Positions 47,252 through 57,682 of a stretch of DNA of 64,000 nucleotides are shown in pieces. Below the pieces are notes generated by a model. That model did no database searches. It was not told where the DNA came from and saw only the letters and a program-made list of their open reading frames with translations. Source of the stretch: a virus (taxonomy: Duplodnaviria; Caudoviricetes). The translations under genes were made by a program, and so were the position numbers. Each line of letters starts with the position of its first letter. The first letter of the stretch is position 1. Location: positions 51,732 through 115,731 of the IMG/VR virus record IMGVR_UViG_3300029288_000095. One strand, written 5' to 3'.

Positions 47252-48607
47252 ATGCCATATGTAAGACCAGGCGTATTCGCGCAATATCAAAAATCAGTTG
47301 GTGATGTTCTTTTGACATCTGGACTGCGAGTACCAGCTATTATTGGTACGGGCGTAAGTTATTATACTGCGCAAGATGAAGGTGTCATTCGCGGTCAGAC
47401 GGGTTATCCTTATTCGGCTACTGATCTTGACGTTTTGGCGCATGTTGCTACTGAAATTATAGGTGTCGGGGATTTTCCTGGTGATATTTCATATGTTGAA
47501 AATACCGACTATGTTCTTTCAAATGGCGTGATTGATTGGATAGGTACTGATAAGCCCGTCACGGGGGAAGTATTCTATATAACTTATCGCTATGCGAAAG
47601 ATTCTACGGCATTTGTTCCAAAGCTTTTTTCAAATATCAACGATGTTATCACGGAATATGGAATTCAAGACGAAAACAACACTGTTTCGCTTGGGGCTGA
47701 AATAGCCTTTCAGAACGGCGCACCTTTCGTTATCTGCGTTCAGGTGGAAGCTGATGCCGATGCTCATTACCTTACAGCGATTGACGCGCTTCAAGTTTCT
47801 GTCGATGGTATTGACGCAAAAATCATAGTCCCGATAACCACTTCGGCTACGGTTCAGTCTTATCTGAAAACGCATGTTTACTATATGTCGAGCAAGCTTA
47901 TCGGAAAACGGCGTATGGGTATATGTGGTATGCCTATCGGTTCTACCCAGGGTGACATTATAGCGAAAGCCACTGCGCTTGGTACTCCTACCACGCAGGA
48001 CGATGGCGGACGTGTGGTGCTCTGCTACGACGAAATGACACGCGACATAGTTCAATCTGACGGTTCTTTTGTTGAACATACACTTGATAGTACGTTTCTT
48101 GCTTGTGCAGTCGCCGGAGCGATGGGGCTGTACACGGTTCAAGTTCCACTCACTCGTAAGCCATTGCAGGGTTTCAAGACGGCAATAAAAGCCCGTGCGT
48201 GGCTTGAAAAACAGAAAGACATTTACGGTACTTATGGCGTCCTTATCCTTAACGATAAGGGCGGCGTGATAAGCGTTCGGCATCAGCTTACGACCGATAC
48301 TTCGGCTTACAATTATTCTGAAATATCGATCACGCAGATTCGCGATAATGTTACTGAAGATGTTATCGGCGGATGCGATACATTTATCGGAGAATACGAA
48401 ACGCCAACGACGAATGCGAGTATATATGAAAAGGTCAATGCGATTTTGACCGCTAAGATGAATGAAGGTATTCTTGTTAACTTCGGTGGTATATCTGTTA
48501 CGACAAGCCCGACAGTTGCTTCTGACCGGCTTGTTTCGTATTGGATAGACGTTGCTGATCCGATTAATCGTATTTACATTACGTATACTATCAAGCAGAC
48601 CGCATAA
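47252..48607 (+). CDS. Tail sheath protein
   Basis: YVRPGVF start, PAIIG, AFQNGA, ACAVAG, PLTRK, VRHQLTT..EISI..RD, PINRIYIT. Confidence 0.9.
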   Translation: MPYVRPGVFAQYQKSVGDVLLTSGLRVPAIIGTGVSYYTAQDEGVIRGQTGYPYSATDLDVLAHVATEIIGVGDFPGDISYVENTDYVLSNGVIDWIGTDKPVTGEVFYITYRYAKDSTAFVPKLFSNINDVITEYGIQDENNTVSLGAEIAFQNGAPFVICVQVEADADAHYLTAIDALQVSVDGIDAKIIVPITTSATVQSYLKTHVYYMSSKLIGKRRMGICGMPIGSTQGDIIAKATALGTPTTQDDGGRVVLCYDEMTRDIVQSDGSFVEHTLDSTFLACAVAGAMGLYTVQVPLTRKPLQGFKTAIKARAWLEKQKDIYGTYGVLILNDKGGVISVRHQLTTDTSAYNYSEISITQIRDNVTEDVIGGCDTFIGEYETPTTNASIYEKVNAILTAKMNEGILVNFGGISVTTSPTVASDRLVSYWIDVADPINRIYITYTIKQTA

Positions 48608-48618
48608 GGAGATAAGTT

Positions 48619-49209
48619 ATGCCAATCGACGGAGATATCGTATCTAATAAGCTTGACGTTCAAGGCGTCATACCGACAAACAGAACAGTAACTACTCCTG
48701 GCATTTATATGCAAGTGGGCAATTTCATTGTCGGCAGAATACAGTCGATCAATGAAGGGCAAGCCCGTGGTGCTACGGAAGTGTACGAAGTCGGCAGTGT
48801 CGGCCCGGTTGATATCACTTTCGGGCAGCCGAAATATACGCTGTCAATAAATAAGCTGAAGATCTATCGGCAAAGCTTGGCGCAAGTGCTTAGTGTTGAA
48901 TCACAGAAATCTAAAAACAACACGCTTTATACCAAGCTGCTTACGGCGCTTAAAGATGGCGCACCGAAGGTTCCGGATGAAGCTGTTTTTCGTAATCTTT
49001 CGCACTTTGCATTTCCGTTTGATATTAAAGTTATTGAAGTCGATCCTAGTTCCAATAAGCGCGACATCACGATCTATGAAGGCGTGGTGCTTACGTCTTA
49101 TTCTCGCGCGATCACGCTTGGCGGCGGATTGACCGTAACGGAATCCGCAAATGCTTCGTTCCTTAATATTCGTTATCAGATCGAAGATACGAATACTTGG
49201 ACTGCCTAG
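48619..49209 (+). CDS. Tail tube protein
   Basis: Follows the sheath gene; VGRIQS..E..R....VYEVG, PFDI, TIYEG..LTSYS. Confidence 0.8.
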   Translation: MPIDGDIVSNKLDVQGVIPTNRTVTTPGIYMQVGNFIVGRIQSINEGQARGATEVYEVGSVGPVDITFGQPKYTLSINKLKIYRQSLAQVLSVESQKSKNNTLYTKLLTALKDGAPKVPDEAVFRNLSHFAFPFDIKVIEVDPSSNKRDITIYEGVVLTSYSRAITLGGGLTVTESANASFLNIRYQIEDTNTWTA

Positions 49210-49283
49210 TACTGTTCACTGAAAATCGCTGTTCATAAAAACTGAACTGCGGTAAAACATAACTTCCCCAAAGGAGAACATCC

Positions 49284-49730
49284 ATGCCTACGCTTGAAGA
49301 AGCACTAAAGATCAAAATCCCGCAAAAAACTTTTACATTCCAAGGCTATTCGTTTACGCTGAAACTTTTGAATTCGCGTGAAACGGAAGAATGCTGGGAA
49401 GCGGTACGGTTTCTTGATGATACATCAAAGACTTATGCTTTTCCGAAACAAGTTCTTGCCCGCGCTATCATTGAAATAAATGGACAGAAAATATCTTGTA
49501 ATGTAAATAAAGAAGAAGAAGAAAAGATAACAGTTTCTGAAATGAAAAGCCGAATTATAAATGAAAATATTCGTGTTCTTGATGCATCATCGGCTGTTGT
49601 TATTGCGCATATTTATGAAAAATATAACGAAGTCAAAAAAGAAGCAGACTCTATTCTTGAAGAAGTTAAAAAAAAAGAGAAAACGGTGAAAGCCGATATC
49701 TCTGGAAAATCGCCAAGTCTGTTGGAATAG
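49284..49730 (+). CDS. Tail assembly chaperone (gpG-like)
   Basis: Between tube and tape measure genes; LARAIIEING; A9 slippery run near the 3' end. Confidence 0.75.
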   Translation: MPTLEEALKIKIPQKTFTFQGYSFTLKLLNSRETEECWEAVRFLDDTSKTYAFPKQVLARAIIEINGQKISCNVNKEEEEKITVSEMKSRIINENIRVLDASSAVVIAHIYEKYNEVKKEADSILEEVKKKEKTVKADISGKSPSLLE

Positions 49731-49984
49731 AAAAAGTATTTGATGTAACATATCCGCTCACGGAAATTGAACAGTATTGGATTTACATTAACGAATGTGA
49801 AGATAAATCTGAATCAATAAAAGATATACGCGAATGGATAAAAATTATCAATATGCGATTACGCCCGGAGACTTCACCAGAGGTTGAAAAAGCAACAAAA
49901 GAAGAGAAGGGAAAACATCACGCCACGGATGATGATACCTTCAATCAACCCCTCCCTACTATTGAAGAACAAATGGGCGCATAA
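49668..49984 (+). CDS. -1 frameshift extension (gpGT-like)
   Basis: After A9 (49668-49676) the -1 frame reads RENGESRYLWKIAK...EEQMGA to TAA 49982-49984, ending 2 nt before the TMP start. Confidence 0.75.
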
Positions 49985-49986
49985 AA

Positions 49987-52008
49987 ATGGCTACAGTACC
50001 AACATCTGACATGGAAGATATGATGAAGAACATGGATACCAGTTTGCGTACTGGTGTGTCCAAGGCTTTAAATACTCTTGCTGGTGCGGGTGATGGAACA
50101 CTTGATCTTGCCGCAAAAGTAGAAAAATATTTCAAATCTTTGAAAGATAGCGCTGATCTGATGAAGGATAGCAAGACTGAAGAAGCTTTAGATAAACTAA
50201 CGTCTATATATAAAAGCCAAAAAGATTTAATCGGCGAAATCGGTCAAGTTAGCGGTCTATCAAAAAAAGAACAATCCGCATTAAAAGATGCAATAAAAGA
50301 AACCGCGACTGAAGCTAAAGATATGACTAAGGTCATTGATGGTACTAAAAAAGCTATGGCTGCGATGAAAGAAACCATGGCTTCTGTTAATCAAATTGGT
50401 GGTATGCTTAATAAATCAATGGGGGATAGTTTTACTGCGGCTTCGGCATTAAAAGGAGCAATGGCGGGAGTAGCTTTCGCAACGGGAGATATTAAGGGTG
50501 GGGTTATAGCTACGCTTGAAGCTTCAGAAATGATGATTGAAGGTATTGGTAAGGTTCAATCTGGTTTCCGAGATACAGCGCTTGCAATCGTAACAGCTGG
50601 AGTTTCGGATAATATAAAACAAGACTTTGATAAAACAAAAGGTTTTGTTTCTACTGCCATACAAGAAATGAATGCAGATTTTGCAGAAACAGCAGAAAGC
50701 ACAGAAAGGATTATGATGGAACTTTCTGGAGTTGGTTTTAAAAATCTTAATGTTGATATGGTTGCGGCGACACGAGAATTATATCTTATGGGTAAGTCGC
50801 TTAATATGTCTACTTCACAAGTAGCAAGCATGGCTGGGACATTGACAAAAGAATTTGGATATACATGGAATCAATCTAAAAATATTATTATGAGCGTAGC
50901 TGAAGCATCTAAAAATGCAAATGTTACACAAGCAGAATATGCTCAAACGCTTATAAGCACGGCTGATAGATTGAAAGATTATAATGTATCGTGGAAAGAT
51001 ATTGATAAAAACATGAAGGATGCTACTGAAAAAGGATTGGGTTGGAGCAGATCTGTAGCATATGCGACCGAAATGTCTAGCGGATTGGCGCGTCAAGATT
51101 TAGGTAGACGTGCCTTTATGTCAAGAGAGCTTGGTTTTGGTCAAGGTGATATTCTTGGCGCTGCGGCAATGCGTAAATATGAACCAGGATCAGATGATAC
51201 ACGTAAGTTTTTAGAAAAGATGTTGGAAAAAACTGGTGGTAGCGCTTCAGAAATAACTCGCTTAAAAGGCGGATCAATTGAAGATCGTGAAAAAGCTTTT
51301 GGTATGGCGCAAAAGGCGGCAATGGCATCTGGATTAGATGAACGTGTTGTTATGGAAGCACTTGGTCTTGTAAAACAGAAACAAGATCCAACTCTTGAAG
51401 AAATGAAAGGCGTAAATAATAAACTATCAAGTATGGGTAAAATGTATTCTGACGCTTTAACAACTAATGAGCAAATGAAAAAACTTGGTAGAATGGCTGA
51501 TTATGCTACATCTAGTATAGGTATAACTATATCTGATAAAGATAAAAGTGTGTTAGCATTATCGCGTGAGATGAAAGAATTACAAGCAAAAATATTAGCA
51601 AAAGAAAGTGAACTTGAAAAAGAAAAATCATCTAAAACTAATATATTTCATACACAAGAAAATAAAGAAGCTAATATTGCGGCATTAGAATTTGAACTAG
51701 AATCTCTGGACACAAAAAAAGAAAATCTCGAAAAGAAAATAAAAGAAACAAAACATTCTGGCGGAGAAATAAGAAAATTTCATGGCGGCGGTGAAGTACC
51801 AGCGATACTTGAATCCGGAGAATTTGTAATAAACAAACGCGCATCACAAGAAATAGGATATGATACACTTAGTAGAATGAATAGCGGTGGATCGGCTGGC
51901 GGTAATACATTCAATGTCAACGTTGATCTTAATGTAAACAGATTAAAAGAACTTGTCAATATGTGGTTTGAAGAAACGTTTAGAAATGGAATGCGGAGTT
52001 TCAGATGA
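49987..52008 (+). CDS. Tape measure protein
   Basis: 673 aa, A/M/K-rich helical; C-terminal FHGGGEVPAILESGEFVIN motif. Confidence 0.85.
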   Translation: MATVPTSDMEDMMKNMDTSLRTGVSKALNTLAGAGDGTLDLAAKVEKYFKSLKDSADLMKDSKTEEALDKLTSIYKSQKDLIGEIGQVSGLSKKEQSALKDAIKETATEAKDMTKVIDGTKKAMAAMKETMASVNQIGGMLNKSMGDSFTAASALKGAMAGVAFATGDIKGGVIATLEASEMMIEGIGKVQSGFRDTALAIVTAGVSDNIKQDFDKTKGFVSTAIQEMNADFAETAESTERIMMELSGVGFKNLNVDMVAATRELYLMGKSLNMSTSQVASMAGTLTKEFGYTWNQSKNIIMSVAEASKNANVTQAEYAQTLISTADRLKDYNVSWKDIDKNMKDATEKGLGWSRSVAYATEMSSGLARQDLGRRAFMSRELGFGQGDILGAAAMRKYEPGSDDTRKFLEKMLEKTGGSASEITRLKGGSIEDREKAFGMAQKAAMASGLDERVVMEALGLVKQKQDPTLEEMKGVNNKLSSMGKMYSDALTTNEQMKKLGRMADYATSSIGITISDKDKSVLALSREMKELQAKILAKESELEKEKSSKTNIFHTQENKEANIAALEFELESLDTKKENLEKKIKETKHSGGEIRKFHGGGEVPAILESGEFVINKRASQEIGYDTLSRMNSGGSAGGNTFNVNVDLNVNRLKELVNMWFEETFRNGMRSFR

Positions 52009-52193
52009 TAGAAGAAAAAAAAGAAATTGAAGTCGGCGAAGTGAAAATAGCCAATGTAGCTATGCATTGCATGAATTGCCGATCCGGTAGCCAATTCGAT
52101 CTTCAGAATGTGAAAACGCATCCAGATTTTATTTTTTGCAAGCTTTGGGGAGAATTAAAGTTCCACAAGGGCGTCTGTCCGAACTTTGGTTGA
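52005..52193 (+). CDS. Small Cys-rich protein
   Basis: 62 aa, CMNC..C..C; ATGA overlap with the TMP stop. Confidence 0.45.
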   Translation: MIEEKKEIEVGEVKIANVAMHCMNCRSGSQFDLQNVKTHPDFIFCKLWGELKFHKGVCPNFG

Positions 52194-52205
52194 ATGGAAT
52201 AAAAA

Positions 52206-53147
52206 ATGGGATTACTTACAAATTTTGCTAATTCTTTGGGTGTCGGTGGCGGTGTTAATTTCGATGCTCAACTTGAAAATGAACTGTTCGGTTTGCAGAA
52301 TAAGGGTTTGCTGGGGCGTAAAAATAATAAAATGTATTTTACCGATCTTTCGCGTCCAAGATATATAACGCCGCAAGGTATGCAAGAACCGCAAGTGGCA
52401 AAAGTAAAAAAACAATCAATGCCGGACGTAGAAGTATATATTGACCCGCAAAGCGTAAAAGTCTCAAAAAAAGTTTTGTTCAATAAGAAGCAAACTAAGG
52501 GTGGCTGGGTTCTTCAGTTTTGGGGGCATGATCTCACAACGCTTTCCGTAAATATGAAAAGCGGATTTTATGGTTATACCAAGGGGCAGAACATTCTTAC
52601 AATGTCTTATGACGCGCTAAAGCCTTTTGATCTTAAAGGTAATTGGGGTAAGCAACAACTCGGCGCTGTAGCAGTAGATCCGCTGAAGGTTTTCCAAAAA
52701 CTTAAAAACAATGCGTACACAAAACGTTTCGATGAATCTTATCCTTCTACGGGATTTCCGTTGATAACGCTTGTCTATGAAGGTACGCCGTATACTGGAT
52801 TTTTCAATAATTTTGATTATGACATTTCTGCGGATAATCCTTTCAATATAAATTTCAGTTTTAATTTTACGATTGTTCCGACGAATAACAAACTGATGTT
52901 TGAACAGGCTATGCAGAATGCATCGCGTATTTTGACTACGGGATTGAATAGTAGTGATGTAGCTAATCTTACATTGTTTTCTGCAAGTGCTATTACTAAT
53001 CCGAACGGCACTGCGCAAAAACTTTTCCAAGGCGGAGTTGATTGGGCGCTTAAAACCATGGAATCAAGTCTTAATGATCTAACTGGAAATCTTGGAGTGG
53101 AAAGCTTATTTGACGATCTATTCCCATCTAAAGAAGAACTTAACTAA
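52206..53147 (+). CDS. Baseplate/tube-initiator-like protein
   Basis: IDPQS, QTKGGWVLQFWG, YTGFF..F....ADNPF; follows the TMP gene. Confidence 0.65.
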   Translation: MGLLTNFANSLGVGGGVNFDAQLENELFGLQNKGLLGRKNNKMYFTDLSRPRYITPQGMQEPQVAKVKKQSMPDVEVYIDPQSVKVSKKVLFNKKQTKGGWVLQFWGHDLTTLSVNMKSGFYGYTKGQNILTMSYDALKPFDLKGNWGKQQLGAVAVDPLKVFQKLKNNAYTKRFDESYPSTGFPLITLVYEGTPYTGFFNNFDYDISADNPFNINFSFNFTIVPTNNKLMFEQAMQNASRILTTGLNSSDVANLTLFSASAITNPNGTAQKLFQGGVDWALKTMESSLNDLTGNLGVESLFDDLFPSKEELN

Positions 53148-55642
53148 TGGCAAAATTTGTTGAAAAACAAAACTATGCGGCGATGGTTCTTGTTTGTAAA
53201 TACAAGGGCGCAACGGATATTAATACGCCAGAAACATCGGCTACCGCATATGAATCTTGGTTTTATGAAATAAATCGCGGATTGACTGCGATCAATACTT
53301 CGTATCAAATAAATGGACAAGGGTCTGGTTCTGTGACGATCAATCTTCCAATTGATAGTATAACCGAACAATCCAATAAAGCAATATTTGATCAAGTATT
53401 GAATGTGTATACTGCGGGACAAGTAAAATCTTCTTTTTTTACATTAGACCAAACCACAAAATCATATATAAATCAAGATGGTAGTTATAAGTCTGGCGGA
53501 AAGGCAATTCAGAATTTAAATATTCAAGTTGAAGATGTAACTGTTACGAACAATTTGAATAAAGAAGTTACATTTTACCCAATACTTGATAAAACAAAAA
53601 CTCAATGTGTATTCAGCCCAAATGATAAGATACGCATTTATCTGGAAGGTCGGTTTTCCACAAATCTCTATAAGGTATTTGAAGGATTGATACAATCTTC
53701 TTCTGTCAATTATGATGGAATGGGAATAACGATATCAATACAGTTTACAGACAATACAAAATGGCTTGATATGAGTGAATATAATATCAATCCAGCGGTA
53801 GCTCAGTCAATGATTGCCAGTAGAACCGGCGCAACTGATGTAACCGTATTCAGCACAAATCTTGCAGGCATGTATCCGCAAGACGTTATCCGTAAAATGA
53901 TTCTTGGTGATACTAAGCCAGAAAAAAAATTGATTGACAGAACCATATATGGCAGATTATATGATGATATAAATACCAGATCAAAATTGTGGGCTTATAT
54001 AAAAGTAGTGGACGCTGCTAAAGTAGTAGATAAAGATAAAAGTCGATGGATTCAAGGTGAGTCCGTAGCAAAAACAGTTAACGGAAAAACAACAAATGGC
54101 TTTATAGAAAAAACAGAAGCCGACATATCAGGGAAATTACCTAAAGGATACACGTACACGACTGAATTCTATGTTGACATAATAGCCATACGTGGTTGCG
54201 GATATTTTTTATTGCAAAAAGGTTATCTTAAAACAGAAAACGGGAAGCTTACAGAAATAATGCAGAATACGGCATTCGGCGAAGATAGTCTTTGGATTGA
54301 TCCGAACATATTCACGGTTCCATCTTTTGTGGCGCAGTTTGGATCATTTGATTTATGGAATCACCAATATGTAAAACGCTATCAAATATGTAAAGATGTT
54401 GCAGATAGAATTGAAGGAGAGTTCTTTGCCACGCCTGATGGTACGCTTGTTTTCAAAATGCCGTATTATAATTATAATCCCGGCGTTGTCTGGAAACATT
54501 ATCCGATGAAAGATGATGGAACTTTAGATAAAACTAAGCCACAACCATTCATGCCGAACGGAGATTTTTATCTTATAGAAGATAAAGATATAATGGGATA
54601 TAATTTCAGCGAAGACGATTCTGATATTGTAAACTTTATATGGGTAACTGGTTCACCAGATTATAGACCAGGAATTAACATGGTCGGTGTAGATCGTACA
54701 TATGTTTTTAATGAAAACCTTATTGCTAAATTTGGTGTTCGCGAGAATACGATTGTAGTTCCATTCGCCGCCGAAGAAAAGGATGAAGAAAAAAGACAAA
54801 ACTTCGGTCAAGCCTACATGAACAGACGTAACGCTAGATACAAAAAAGGGAATATGACCATACCACTTCGCCCAGAAATAGAAATAGGAAAAACAATGGC
54901 AATGATTCCCGGAGTTGTATCGCAAGCCTTTGGTAATAATCCAGTATATAAAAGTTATGAGCAATGGAGCGCACCGTCTATTGTAGGTGGGAGTATTTTT
55001 TCAAATCTTGTTGATTCTATAGTTAATTCAAATGATGCTATACAGATACCAGTTTATTATATTCAAGGGTTAGGTCATTCTTGGGCTATAGGATCACAGC
55101 CGACATCGTCTTTACAATTAGCTTATGGTAGAACTTGGAAAGATAGTTTTGGCGCAAGTTTATTTGAACCAGAACCATATGTTGCCGAAGATGCTGGAAT
55201 ACTTAAAGATATAATGGCTGATATAAATAGAGTACAGACAAAAATAAGAATGGGTTTTGATAAGGAGTCTGAATTAGCGGCATCTATTTCAGCGCCTTCG
55301 GTAGTATACAAGAACATACAAATATACGTGTATGCGAATGCAATTTTGAATTCATTGCGCGACCTGTATATTAAATATGTAAATTCTTTCGATGATTATA
55401 AAAATATAAAGTCTGAACTTATGAAAAAGAAATTTAGCTTTCAACGCGAAATAGTATTTGAAGTCGATCTGTCGCCGTATGGATCAGATTTTAATTGGCT
55501 GAGAATGAAAAGCCAAACGCCCGAGTTGTTATACCCATTACAAGAAAATATTAGTAATGCGTTGGGCAGGTCAAAATATATTTGGCGTGATATAACAAAA
55601 CCACTTCAAATAATAGATATGCCCGTAGGGATTAAAGCATAA
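53147..55642 (+). CDS. Baseplate hub protein
   Basis: 831 aa; VFEGLI, EFFATPDGTLVFKMPYYN, KFGVR, IPLRPEIEIG. Confidence 0.7.
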   Translation: MAKFVEKQNYAAMVLVCKYKGATDINTPETSATAYESWFYEINRGLTAINTSYQINGQGSGSVTINLPIDSITEQSNKAIFDQVLNVYTAGQVKSSFFTLDQTTKSYINQDGSYKSGGKAIQNLNIQVEDVTVTNNLNKEVTFYPILDKTKTQCVFSPNDKIRIYLEGRFSTNLYKVFEGLIQSSSVNYDGMGITISIQFTDNTKWLDMSEYNINPAVAQSMIASRTGATDVTVFSTNLAGMYPQDVIRKMILGDTKPEKKLIDRTIYGRLYDDINTRSKLWAYIKVVDAAKVVDKDKSRWIQGESVAKTVNGKTTNGFIEKTEADISGKLPKGYTYTTEFYVDIIAIRGCGYFLLQKGYLKTENGKLTEIMQNTAFGEDSLWIDPNIFTVPSFVAQFGSFDLWNHQYVKRYQICKDVADRIEGEFFATPDGTLVFKMPYYNYNPGVVWKHYPMKDDGTLDKTKPQPFMPNGDFYLIEDKDIMGYNFSEDDSDIVNFIWVTGSPDYRPGINMVGVDRTYVFNENLIAKFGVRENTIVVPFAAEEKDEEKRQNFGQAYMNRRNARYKKGNMTIPLRPEIEIGKTMAMIPGVVSQAFGNNPVYKSYEQWSAPSIVGGSIFSNLVDSIVNSNDAIQIPVYYIQGLGHSWAIGSQPTSSLQLAYGRTWKDSFGASLFEPEPYVAEDAGILKDIMADINRVQTKIRMGFDKESELAASISAPSVVYKNIQIYVYANAILNSLRDLYIKYVNSFDDYKNIKSELMKKKFSFQREIVFEVDLSPYGSDFNWLRMKSQTPELLYPLQENISNALGRSKYIWRDITKPLQIIDMPVGIKA

Positions 55643-56676
55643 TGCCAGACAATTATTTTAGAAAAATGGTAGACGATGTATTTAATGACCCGAAGTTTAA
55701 ATACAAGATGTCTAACATAGACGTTTTTACTGGCGTTATCACAGACGTTAATCAAAAAACAAATGTTGCGGTTGTAAAAACTGGCGATAATGTATACGAA
55801 AATTGTGTACTACCTTCACCGCAAGTTAATCAGTTTATAGATTCCTACGGCAACAGTAGGATATACGGACAATTTAATAATTACAAAAATGATGCATTCG
55901 TTGTCGGAATACATTTCAAGACAAATCAAAGGAATGTTATACTTGCGTCATTCCCTACATTTACGCAAGATCAATATCAATTATTTATTGAAAATAATAA
56001 AAAGGGAATTGATCGGCTTCCAGTTAAAGATGCTGATAAGCGCGATTTTGACCCAGATACGCAAACTGATCTGGTAGACTCCGAAATAATTAAATGGGGT
56101 GAACATCTTTTATATTCATCTGGTTTAGCCGCTATCCTTATGGATTACGCTGGAAATATACTTTCTGAAACGGAAAAAGAATTTCATGTGCGCGTTGGCG
56201 ATAGGGATACTTTAGGAAAAATATCTGCGCCAGAAATGCATTGTACCATGGGGCGTATCGTTGATTCAGTAGGTGATCCAAAAGTAGACGCTGACGATAA
56301 GAAAATAAAAGCCGAATTTGAATTGACTGATAAACTTATAATTACAATCAATGAAGACGGTAAAGTAAAGTTAGATTTAATTGATAAAACTGAATTAAGC
56401 ATAGACGCCGATGGGAATGTATCAATAAAAAACGATAATACTGAAATGCAAGTTAATGTTGACGGTACTATCAATCTCGGTGAAGCTAGTTTGGAATCCA
56501 TGGTGCTTGGCGATTCATTAAAGACATATATTGATAATACGATTGTAGCTACATTTAATTCGCACTTACATAATTATATAATGCCTCTAATGCCTTTAGC
56601 CACTGGTCCGACACTTGGACCTTTGACGCCAATGACTTCTGGTTCATATTTATCACAAAAAAATAAAACAAAATAG
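55642..56676 (+). CDS. Baseplate central spike (gpV/gp5-like)
   Basis: N-terminal OB-like region, beta-repeat (I..DG.V) and terminal FNSHLH (HxH) motif. Confidence 0.75.
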   Translation: MPDNYFRKMVDDVFNDPKFKYKMSNIDVFTGVITDVNQKTNVAVVKTGDNVYENCVLPSPQVNQFIDSYGNSRIYGQFNNYKNDAFVVGIHFKTNQRNVILASFPTFTQDQYQLFIENNKKGIDRLPVKDADKRDFDPDTQTDLVDSEIIKWGEHLLYSSGLAAILMDYAGNILSETEKEFHVRVGDRDTLGKISAPEMHCTMGRIVDSVGDPKVDADDKKIKAEFELTDKLIITINEDGKVKLDLIDKTELSIDADGNVSIKNDNTEMQVNVDGTINLGEASLESMVLGDSLKTYIDNTIVATFNSHLHNYIMPLMPLATGPTLGPLTPMTSGSYLSQKNKTK

Positions 56677-56687
56677 GCGAATAAAAT

Positions 56688-57218
56688 ATGACATTAGATT
56701 TAAATAAAATAAAATCGCTTGTTGAATATAACCTTACAAGTAACAACTTTGGAAATCCCCCAGGCGATTTGCCACCGGGTTTTACTATAACGAAACAACA
56801 AGTTTGGACGATGAACGATGTAAAAATACCATTTACTACAAGGCAGATGCGGGATATGATTGCGCAATGCCTTTATGATATTTTAACGGATGCAACTAGT
56901 GACGGAACATCTTTATCTCAACCGCTTCCTGTCGGCGGCGATCCAAATGTATATTATAGTGGCGGTAACAAAACCGCCGGTACTGGAATTATAAAATTAC
57001 AAAAAGATAATAGTATTATACAAGCCGACACTACAGACGCCAGATTGCAAAACGGTACGACTATCGTAAAGGCAGACGGAACAGACGCTAGACTCGAAAA
57101 AGGAAATACATACATAAAGGCAGATGGAACGCACGTATATGCTGGAGATGGTGTAACCGAAGTTGATTTATTGGGATTGCTTGGCGAAGATTATTTATCA
57201 CACCAGATATTTTCATAA
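56688..57218 (+). CDS. Baseplate-region protein with 17-aa repeats
   Basis: Three repeats of the (I/V)(K/Q)AD(G/T)T type; ends DYLSHQIFS. Confidence 0.55.
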   Translation: MTLDLNKIKSLVEYNLTSNNFGNPPGDLPPGFTITKQQVWTMNDVKIPFTTRQMRDMIAQCLYDILTDATSDGTSLSQPLPVGGDPNVYYSGGNKTAGTGIIKLQKDNSIIQADTTDARLQNGTTIVKADGTDARLEKGNTYIKADGTHVYAGDGVTEVDLLGLLGEDYLSHQIFS

Positions 57219-57254
57219 TAGTTGAAAAACGTACAAAATGTATAGGTCAAAAAA

Positions 57255-57674
57255 ATGTCACAAGAAATAAAACTTAAATACGGAGACATAGAGTTTTATG
57301 CGGGTGAACCACGCCTTATTGACGGAAATACTAAGCTTGAACAAGACATCGGTAAGATAGTTTTGACTGAAAAACTTGGTGATTTTCACCCAGATTATGG
57401 CTGTGATATTTATGATCTTATTGGTAGATACGAAGATGTAAACACCCTTTCGGTTTTGGCAAAAAAGAAAATACTTGACGCATTGAATTATTTCGCAAGC
57501 ATACAGTATCGCCAAGGGCTTCAGCAAGATCAAACTCTTCCAGAAATACTTGCGAAGATTGATTCTATGCAGATTGTAAGATCGCCGACTGATCCAAGTT
57601 CGTATTATATAAAAGTAGATATTCGCGACGGTACGGCTAAAAATATAAGTCTCACGCTTCCAGTACAAGTGTAG
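57255..57674 (+). CDS. Baseplate wedge gp25/GPW-like protein
   Basis: KLEQDI.KIVLT, FHPDYG; precedes baseplate J. Confidence 0.8.
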   Translation: MSQEIKLKYGDIEFYAGEPRLIDGNTKLEQDIGKIVLTEKLGDFHPDYGCDIYDLIGRYEDVNTLSVLAKKKILDALNYFASIQYRQGLQQDQTLPEILAKIDSMQIVRSPTDPSSYYIKVDIRDGTAKNISLTLPVQV

Positions 57675-57682
57675 GTAATAAA

